Source: a virus. Taken from it: a DNA stretch of 64,000 nt. The stretch's first letter is position 1, and each line of letters opens with the position of its first letter. The stretch is from the IMG/VR virus record IMGVR_UViG_3300027969_000047, one strand, 5' to 3'. Positions 57,122 to 64,000 of the stretch are shown here, one piece after another. Position numbers and translations under genes: made by a program. A model generated the notes under the pieces. That model saw only the letters and a list, made by a program, of their open reading frames with translations. It was not told where the DNA came from and did no database searches.

Positions 57122-57567
57122 ACTTGTTCCACCTCAATACCGGAATTTTTGAGAAATACGACACCAGCAATATCCCTATAAGTGTTACGATATAGAACAC
57201 TGCTAATACCACTTTGGTATATAAGTTTGGCGCAGTCCAAACATGGAGCATGGGTAATGAACATAGTAGCACCCATACCAGATTCGGTAGATTTAGCAAG
57301 TTTTGCAATTGCATTCGTTTCAGCATGTAACACCTCTGGTTTGGTTCTTAATCGATGGGATATGATAGAACCTTCAAATCCTGCGTAGCCATCTACAACT
57401 TCATATTCACATTCGTTTGTCCATCCAGAAGGCATGCCATTGTAACCGATTGATATGATGCGGTCATCTTTCACAACAATGGCACCAACATGAAGTCTTG
57501 TTGCAGTAGAGCATTCAGCAAATATTTCTGCTGTCTTCATGTATGCATCAATTAGTTTAGGCTTCAT
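57118..57567 (-). CDS. dCMP deaminase
   Basis: GYNG, HAETNA, PCLDC. Confidence 0.93.
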   Translation of the reverse strand: MKPKLIDAYMKTAEIFAECSTATRLHVGAIVVKDDRIISIGYNGMPSGWTNECEYEVVDGYAGFEGSIISHRLRTKPEVLHAETNAIAKLAKSTESGMGATMFITHAPCLDCAKLIYQSGISSVLYRNTYRDIAGVVFLKNSGIEVEQV

Positions 57568-57732
57568 TCTTATCTTTGCGAGATTTACCAGATTCACGCT
57601 TTGCTTTTTCACCAGCAAGTTGTGATTGAATCATCATTCTTTTGAATTCATTGCGTTCACTGTCATTCACAATTGAACACATCATTCTCTTAGTTGTTTT
57701 CGATAGTCGAAAATTCTTATCAGGTTTTAACA

Positions 57733-58404
57733 TCAGTCCCATAGCCCTTCATAATATTTACCAAACAAACGAAAGCCGTTTGTAATTCTTTCCTGAACCA
57801 CTTTCATACCATCATAGTCACATTTATATGTGTGATTTGGTCCATCAGCCATTTGGTACATTGTGGCTTTGCCGTTTTCATCCCATTGACAAGCAACTGA
57901 TTTGTGGTCGATATGACCATATCGAAATTTTTCTTGCCATGAATCATCAATTTTACATTCGAAAGAAAAAATCATCTCATCAAGTACCCAATCCCAGCGT
58001 TTGAAATGATTGTTATCAGTGTCCCATTCATTTTCTTTTGCTGGCGCTGAAGTAGATTTCAATTCTTCTGGAACATCTTCATCATCAACATAAGGTGCAC
58101 CATGTTTACTTTCTTTCAACTGTTTCAACATTGGCAGAATGATATCTGCTAATGTGTGGTCCATTGACCAAGTATCGTATCTGTCAATCTTCACATAGTT
58201 GATTTGCGGATGAACAAAATTGAGAAACTTAGTCCACGCACCACAAATTGGATTTAGAAAATTAATCCACTTATCATATTTGTGACCAGGAACTTCTTCG
58301 TGGTTGTAAAACACATCATCATCTTTCTCCCAAAAACAAACAGTCTTCAGAATAGTATATGGTGATACCCAATGATTACGATAACCGCTTTTGTAGATTT
58401 TCAT
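57733..58404 (-). CDS. hypothetical phage protein
   Basis: 223 aa ORF tightly packed with its neighbours. Confidence 0.75.
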   Translation of the reverse strand: MKIYKSGYRNHWVSPYTILKTVCFWEKDDDVFYNHEEVPGHKYDKWINFLNPICGAWTKFLNFVHPQINYVKIDRYDTWSMDHTLADIILPMLKQLKESKHGAPYVDDEDVPEELKSTSAPAKENEWDTDNNHFKRWDWVLDEMIFSFECKIDDSWQEKFRYGHIDHKSVACQWDENGKATMYQMADGPNHTYKCDYDGMKVVQERITNGFRLFGKYYEGLWD

Positions 58405-58678
58405 TCTTTATAATCAATCTTGTTAATAAAACTCAACTTCTTTTCTTCAGACCAAGAAGCCATGTACTGATTGTCCTTATCGAACAATGTCAGGTATTCT
58501 TCTTTTGAAATTTCACGAGAACTAAAAATCGATTCATCGATATGTTCTTGTGAAAATTCTTTGAAAGAATCATTACCTCTTTCCATAATGACTTCATCAT
58601 GTGAATGAGACTCTTCTTTAGCCTCAACAACATAACGCATACGAAACATCGAAACAGTCTCAACAATATATAACGGCA

Positions 58679-58963
58679 TTATAACATCCTTATTAAACCA
58701 ACAAAATCAATACTCACTAACAGAAGGTAGTTGGCTAACATACCAAATGATTTTCTAGAATAAGCAGCCCAAGCATACAAGGCACAACCAGCAATCCACA
58801 CAGGATATAAAGCAAGAAGAGGAGGGGTTGGGACTGTGAGTGCCATGGTAATTGAACAGCCAATACTAATAGCCCAAGCCAACAACTCAATAGCAAACCG
58901 TATGCGATTAGAAGAGTAATCATCTTTTATCCATTGCAAAGTAGGGCGAAACAATTCTATCAT
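58679..58963 (-). CDS. small 3-TM membrane protein
   Basis: hydrophobic helices. Confidence 0.7.
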   Translation of the reverse strand: MIELFRPTLQWIKDDYSSNRIRFAIELLAWAISIGCSITMALTVPTPPLLALYPVWIAGCALYAWAAYSRKSFGMLANYLLLVSIDFVGLIRML

Positions 58964-59904
58964 ATTTCAACACTCACCAATTTAAATGAATCAGCACGAC
59001 TTTCGTAATTGATATAACCACGAGGGTTACAAACAATGCGAGTCGAACCTAGCATGTAGTCAAAGTCTTCATGCGTATGCCCATGAGTCCACAATTTGAT
59101 TTGTGGATGTGCTAAGATGAATTCATTTAAGTCAGTAGAGTAACCACCATTCATCACTGTATCATGTTGATAGCGAGGATGAGTAGATGCTTTGCTTGGT
59201 GCGTGATGACCAACAACTACAAACTTCTGGTCGAACTTACCTTCAATCACAGTCTGAATATATTGCATAAATTTCTTGTGGTCTTCAACTGCATCTTCTG
59301 GAGAAAATGTTGAAGGCTCAGATTTTCTTTTATACCCAATCTCAATGTAATCGCCACCCTCTTTCGTAAGGTACATGCCGCCATTCTTACCATCTTCAGT
59401 GTACAATGGATTCTCTTCATAGATTGGAACTTTACGCTCAAGCATACGATTAGAATTTTTCACACAACGAAAGTCATTCATCATTACACGAATGTGACTC
59501 AGTGTCATCTCATCACTGTTGTTCATATCAGTCCACAGTGTACCACCAACAAATGTCACTTCATCAATTGTCTTAACTTCTTTGTCAAGCAAGTAAACAT
59601 TGCTCAACATGTTAGACTCTAACATTGATTTGATTTTGTTTCCACTTGTTGCAAAGTCACCATTGTAATGTTCATGGTTACCCATGATGTACACTACATG
59701 TGGAAATTGAAACGAACATCTTTTGAAGAAGTCGGTAACACGATTGCTACGAGCACCTTCTAAGAGGTTGTTTGGGTCAGGTCGACCAATGTCTGCGGCA
59801 ACGCAAATGTCACCACTGAGGATAAGAACATCGGCATTGTTATCATTGTTGATAAACAAGTCACCGAATTCTAAGTGTATATCTGATGCGATTGAAATTT
59901 TCAT
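58960..59904 (-). CDS. calcineurin-like metallophosphoesterase
   Basis: SDIHLE, GDI, GNHEHY, HH.P, HGHTH; start MKISI. Confidence 0.9.
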   Translation of the reverse strand: MKISIASDIHLEFGDLFINNDNNADVLILSGDICVAADIGRPDPNNLLEGARSNRVTDFFKRCSFQFPHVVYIMGNHEHYNGDFATSGNKIKSMLESNMLSNVYLLDKEVKTIDEVTFVGGTLWTDMNNSDEMTLSHIRVMMNDFRCVKNSNRMLERKVPIYEENPLYTEDGKNGGMYLTKEGGDYIEIGYKRKSEPSTFSPEDAVEDHKKFMQYIQTVIEGKFDQKFVVVGHHAPSKASTHPRYQHDTVMNGGYSTDLNEFILAHPQIKLWTHGHTHEDFDYMLGSTRIVCNPRGYINYESRADSFKLVSVEI

Positions 59905-59945
59905 AATGTAAGTATAACATAAAAAAATAAGTTGTGGGGCAAAGA

Positions 59946-59965
59946 TGGGAGCCAAAAGGCTCCCA
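59946..59965 (-). terminator. hairpin terminator after hsp20
   Basis: TGGGAGCC-TTTT-GGCTCCCA. Confidence 0.55.
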
Positions 59966-59969
59966 ACAA

Positions 59970-60434
59970 TCAACTCACTGTTTCAGAAAGTAATTGTTTT
60001 TTGGTAAAATTGAGTTCTTTGCTCAACTCAATTTTTCTTGGTTTCTTATGCTCAGGAATTACATTCTCTAAAGCAATTTTAAGAATACCATCTTTGAATT
60101 GGGCACCACGAACCTCAATACTTTCACTCAGTCTAATTGACTTGGTAAAAGAACGAGTAGCAATGCCACGATACAAATATTCCACTTCTGTTTGGTCTCT
60201 CTTTTCACCCTTAACGACTAGTGTGCCGTCTTGAAGTTCAACATCAATTTCATCTTGACTGAAACCAGCAACAGCCATTTCAACGACATACTTGCTGTCA
60301 TCGATTTTGATGATGTTGTGTGGGGGAAAAGATGTATTGCGTTGTGGTGCAGTACCTTCAACAAGTTTTTCCAACTCATTGAACAGGTGGTCGAAACCAA
60401 CAAATTGTGGATATAGTGCTGTTAAGCGTGTCAT
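59970..60434 (-). CDS. small heat shock protein (IbpA/Hsp20)
   Basis: FPPHNI, AVAGF, RGIATRSF, DGIL, PRKIE. Confidence 0.95.
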   Translation of the reverse strand: MTRLTALYPQFVGFDHLFNELEKLVEGTAPQRNTSFPPHNIIKIDDSKYVVEMAVAGFSQDEIDVELQDGTLVVKGEKRDQTEVEYLYRGIATRSFTKSIRLSESIEVRGAQFKDGILKIALENVIPEHKKPRKIELSKELNFTKKQLLSETVS

Positions 60435-60689
60435 AGTTTTCTCCTTTTAAGCGAGTTACAAAATTAGTGACCCCGAAGGCATCACATTTCTATTTATCCT
60501 GGACCTCGAAGGCATTCAGGTTAACTAGAAATTCTCTCTGAGGGTTCTCTTCTTTGAAAACCTTCACAAATGTTATGTTCTCTGACGATACAGTCTCTTT
60601 GATATTTCTTGCATAGACAATATCACCAGAGTATCTGTTCTTTAACTTCACAATTTTTTCTTTCACATTTTTCATAATAAAATCTCATA

Positions 60690-61094
60690 TCAGTAATCGG
60701 TTTTCTTTTTACCGATGTTGTATTTAGTGACCAACTGCCATTCATCTTTCTCTTTGAAAGAGATAATTTTTATCTGATGCAGAGGTGCAATGTTGTCTGT
60801 CATTACTTGTCGATTGACAATCTTAACGAGACCCCACTCTTCTAACAAATTGGCGATAGCATTTCTACGAGAAATATCATTATCATCAATAGTAGCCTCT
60901 TTACCATCTAAGGCAAAAAGTTCTTTAAAGTGGACAATGTAATATTGTCCCTGTTTGTGTAGAATATGACAAGATTGATACAAGACTTTTTCTTTGCGTG
61001 AAGATACCCCAATACGGGTTAGTGTTTCTCTTACTTTTAAAAAATCATCCTGCTCTTTCAATGTCACTTCAATGAAGCTATTCAAATCATTCAT
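60690..61094 (-). CDS. regA: translational repressor RegA
   Basis: DFLKVRETLTRIG, LYQSCHILHKQG, HFKELF. Confidence 0.97.
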   Translation of the reverse strand: MNDLNSFIEVTLKEQDDFLKVRETLTRIGVSSRKEKVLYQSCHILHKQGQYYIVHFKELFALDGKEATIDDNDISRRNAIANLLEEWGLVKIVNRQVMTDNIAPLHQIKIISFKEKDEWQLVTKYNIGKKKTDY

Positions 61095-61468
61095 TTTCCG
61101 CCAATATCCGTTTTTGTTTTTAGTTCTTGGATTTGTTCATCACTAAGAAGGCGAAGTGCCTCACGGGCTTTGGAATTTGAATAGCCGAAGATTATCTTGA
61201 TGCATTCTATATCTTCACTTTTTTCAGATTTAGCCCACTTGGTGAAAGGTCTTTTGCGAGACCTAACGGTATTTAGTAAAAAATCATTTTGCATTTTGGC
61301 ATCTACATGATGCCTTGTGTTCATCTCATTAGCAAACAGAATGCAATCTTTATGGTACGAAAGCGACCGATTAGTCAGAAACGGAACATACTCTTTCTCT
61401 GTAAGGTCATCAACAATTAACTGTTGTTTACCTTGCAAAATTTGGTTTACAAAGTCAAATGGTGTCAT
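61091..61468 (-). CDS. clamp loader small subunit (T4 gp62)
   Basis: Y.PF..NR.LS, ANEMN, RKR..KW; synteny. Confidence 0.92.
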   Translation of the reverse strand: MTPFDFVNQILQGKQQLIVDDLTEKEYVPFLTNRSLSYHKDCILFANEMNTRHHVDAKMQNDFLLNTVRSRKRPFTKWAKSEKSEDIECIKIIFGYSNSKAREALRLLSDEQIQELKTKTDIGGK

Positions 61469-61470
61469 GG

Positions 61471-61923
61471 TCAGTACTTTGAAATAGTGTACTTACGCAT
61501 CTCATCCATGTACTCATCTGAGACTCTCTCGACTGGGACAACAGCATCTTGTACGATGTTAACCAAAAGCATTTCACGACCATCTTTAGTATTGTATTTT
61601 CTAATCAAAAACTCTTGTGGGTTCACTTTGAAAATCCAACCTTCCCACTTGTATGAATGTGAAGGAGCAGGCACTGCTACAAAATACAACTCATCTACAC
61701 CACGACACTTCTTCAGTTGATTGGGTTTGAATGTGAAAGCATTCTGCATGATAAAAGGAACTTGAGTCTTCACCTCAATCTTCTTACCATCACACACCAA
61801 ATCTTTTTCTCTATCATACGGGTCGATTGATTCTTCAACAACAAGACCTTGTCTACTGAAATAGTTGACAACAATCTTTTCACCCATACGACCTAACCAA
61901 TCCATCTTCTGTTCGTTGTTCAT
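61471..61923 (-). CDS. putative PD-(D/E)XK nuclease
   Basis: G..GE...DL....IEVKT. Confidence 0.6.
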   Translation of the reverse strand: MNNEQKMDWLGRMGEKIVVNYFSRQGLVVEESIDPYDREKDLVCDGKKIEVKTQVPFIMQNAFTFKPNQLKKCRGVDELYFVAVPAPSHSYKWEGWIFKVNPQEFLIRKYNTKDGREMLLVNIVQDAVVPVERVSDEYMDEMRKYTISKY

Positions 61924-62855
61924 ACAAACTCACAATCTGCCATGATTTCAATTAGACATGCCACCACATTAATTTCAGTGTCGGCAACGAATGCATTCTT
62001 GTATTGATAGTCAGCGAGAATCAATACTGCACGAGGAATGCTTTGTGGTTTTATCGAATCATAAAGCGAGTCATAGATTTTACGAAAGAAAGTTGTTGGG
62101 TCAATGTCATTGCTACCAACCCATTTACGAATTGATGTGAAGTCTTTCTCTTTCATAAACTTGATGATTTCAGAAATTGAAACATCTTGAATCTGAGCCA
62201 GAAGACCTGTATCAATCTTTCCAAATTTAGAATATCGCTGTAGTTCATTTAGCACACGGCGAAAGTCTGGAAAGTGTTTCTTGATGATTTCAACAACCAC
62301 CTTGTCTTCATATTCGATGTGTTCTTTCTCACCAAGAATGTTTTGAATTCTCTTAAAGAAAGCACCAGCCATCTTAGCCCGTTCACCATTCTTCAAAACA
62401 AATTCAACCACTGCACAGCGAGAGTGCAATGGCTCAATGATTTTGTTTTTGTAGTTACATGTAAAGATGAATGAACAATTAGAAGAATACTCTTCAATTG
62501 CATTACGCAAAATTGCTTGTGCGTTTGGTGTCAGATAATCAGCCTCATCGATAATGACAACTTTACGACCACCTGCCATCGACATTGATGATGCATAGTT
62601 TCTGATTTTGTAACGAATAGTGTCAACACCATTCTCATCAGAGCCATTGATAATCATGTAGTCACAACCAATCTCTTCACACATGGCTCTTGCAATTGTA
62701 GTTTTACCTACGCCTGCACCACCAGTCAAAAGAAGATTAGGTATGCTACTCTGATTAACATATTCCTGAAATGGTTGTTTCAACCTATCAGGAAGGATAC
62801 ACTCTTCAACCGTCTTAGGGCGATACTTCTCCACCCATAACATATGTTCTGACAT
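61920..62855 (-). CDS. clamp loader large subunit (T4 gp44)
   Basis: WVEKYRP, GGAGVGKT, DEAD, SRC. Confidence 0.97.
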   Translation of the reverse strand: MSEHMLWVEKYRPKTVEECILPDRLKQPFQEYVNQSSIPNLLLTGGAGVGKTTIARAMCEEIGCDYMIINGSDENGVDTIRYKIRNYASSMSMAGGRKVVIIDEADYLTPNAQAILRNAIEEYSSNCSFIFTCNYKNKIIEPLHSRCAVVEFVLKNGERAKMAGAFFKRIQNILGEKEHIEYEDKVVVEIIKKHFPDFRRVLNELQRYSKFGKIDTGLLAQIQDVSISEIIKFMKEKDFTSIRKWVGSNDIDPTTFFRKIYDSLYDSIKPQSIPRAVLILADYQYKNAFVADTEINVVACLIEIMADCEFV

Positions 62856-62884
62856 TCAAATTCTCCATAATAAAATAAGTCATA

Positions 62885-63214
62885 TTAAGATTCAATAGCA
62901 ACTCGGTGCCACTCATCTCCAATTTTCATCCACAAGCGATTGTCTTTACCAACAGTCATAGAAACCTTGTGAGTAACCTCTTGGTTCCAACCATTGACAT
63001 AAAATGTTTGTTGACCCATAGTTGGTTCTGGTGCTTTAGGTTTCTCACCATATGCACCCGTAAACTGAATTGTTATTGCTTCTTTTGGTGGTGCAAGATG
63101 ACTAATGTCTTTATGCTCATTAGCCATCTCTTTCACTTGTCTATAAGATGCAACACCTACAGCAAATGCACCAATGATACCAGCACCTTTTAAAAAATTA
63201 CGCCTCTGTTCCAT
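62885..63214 (-). CDS. protein with a twin-arginine-like N-terminus
   Basis: GAGGA SD; RRNFLK followed by a hydrophobic helix. Confidence 0.65.
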   Translation of the reverse strand: MEQRRNFLKGAGIIGAFAVGVASYRQVKEMANEHKDISHLAPPKEAITIQFTGAYGEKPKAPEPTMGQQTFYVNGWNQEVTHKVSMTVGKDNRLWMKIGDEWHRVAIES

Positions 63215-63373
63215 TGCGAATTTCCTCAATGCGTTTTTCTAAGACTGAGATTGCGGTATTGAAATGTCCAGTACCTTCTGTCTCTGGATTGAAGTAATAT
63301 CTACGAAGTGTCTCAACTTCAGTTTCTAATACTGCAATGTATTCTTCACGAGTGGTATTAAAGACTTGCATGA

Positions 63374-64000
63374 TTAAGCACCTTCAAACTTTGAACCGTT
63401 TTCAGTTGCAAGCCAGTATTCGAGTTTACGATTCTTGTTCTTAAAGTGTGCAAGACCTTTAGATGAAATCTGCAAATCATAAGCACCAGTGATAACTTTA
63501 GAGAGATTCTCTGTCTTGAAGAGGATACGATAAACATCACCATTACCAGTAGCAACAGTTAAGGAGTCGCTGTGTGCTGAATCGTTTTGTAAATCTAGTG
63601 TAGAGATACAAACATCAGTGCCATCACTCTCAATAGCAATATGTGGAGAACTCAAAACAGATGCTACACGATTAACCCATGTGAAATCTTCTTCAGACAA
63701 TGCTAATGTGATTTCTGGTGTTGGAAGAACAATGTTCTTCTCTGGTGGTACCTTAATCATTGTAGGGTCACAGTAGCGATACTTGATTTTGCTACGACCT
63801 TTGTTAGAAACAATCTTGACCAACTTATCTTCAAATTCAATCGCAGGTGTTTCTTTACTCAGAGACATTACAGAAAGAAAAGTGTTCAAGTCATAGATAC
63901 CAAACTCTTGAGGAAATGAATCATCAATAGTCGCCTCAGCAAGAATTGTTTTCTGTGAAGAAACGGTTCTCAGTACATTACCTTTTTTGAAGAAAAGACC
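63374..64000 (-). CDS. sliding clamp (T4 gp45), 5' end outside the window
   Basis: FGIYDLN.FL, YRYCDP, YWLATE; synteny with gp44. Confidence 0.93.
   Translation of the reverse strand, partial: GLFFKKGNVLRTVSSQKTILAEATIDDSFPQEFGIYDLNTFLSVMSLSKETPAIEFEDKLVKIVSNKGRSKIKYRYCDPTMIKVPPEKNIVLPTPEITLALSEEDFTWVNRVASVLSSPHIAIESDGTDVCISTLDLQNDSAHSDSLTVATGNGDVYRILFKTENLSKVITGAYDLQISSKGLAHFKNKNRKLEYWLATENGSKFEGA

Noticed and set aside
30053-63193. Numerous short plus-strand ORFs opposite long minus-strand genes
   Set aside because: Antisense shadows with no SD, promoter or recognisable motifs.

Overview
64 kb of a large AT-rich T4-like myophage, almost entirely encoded on the minus strand. Auxiliary genes suggest a proteobacterial, probably freshwater betaproteobacterial, host (inference). 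Layout: (1) 1-9.2 kb, early region of short ORFs; those in the first ~3.7 kb sit behind repeated sigma70 promoters, often with a GTTG-N8-CAAC palindrome. (2) 9.2-15.1 kb, an array of 29 CCA-encoding tRNA genes covering all 20 amino acids, with rRNA-operon-like boxA elements, processing-type stems, candidate ncRNAs and embedded enzymes. (3) 15.3-28.2 kb, auxiliary and nucleotide metabolism (phoH, dps, iscU/iscA, nrdAB, thioredoxin, thyX, primase). (4) 28-39 kb, lysis/membrane genes and probable capsid-packaged internal proteins. (5) 39-45 kb, a glycosylation cluster. (6) 49-64 kb, T4 replication core (gp41, gp40, uvsX, gp43, GH19 endolysin, dCMP deaminase, hsp20, regA, gp62, gp44, gp45). Top finding: directly upstream of the tRNA array is an unannotated 38-39 codon leader ORF (15190-15309, minus) that contains all 20 amino acids. 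Its last codons are a perfect antiterminator for an adjacent intrinsic terminator. This is the geometry of a ribosome-stalling attenuator that could sense loss of any charged tRNA and switch on the phage tRNA operon. All calls are by eye; no database searches were run.
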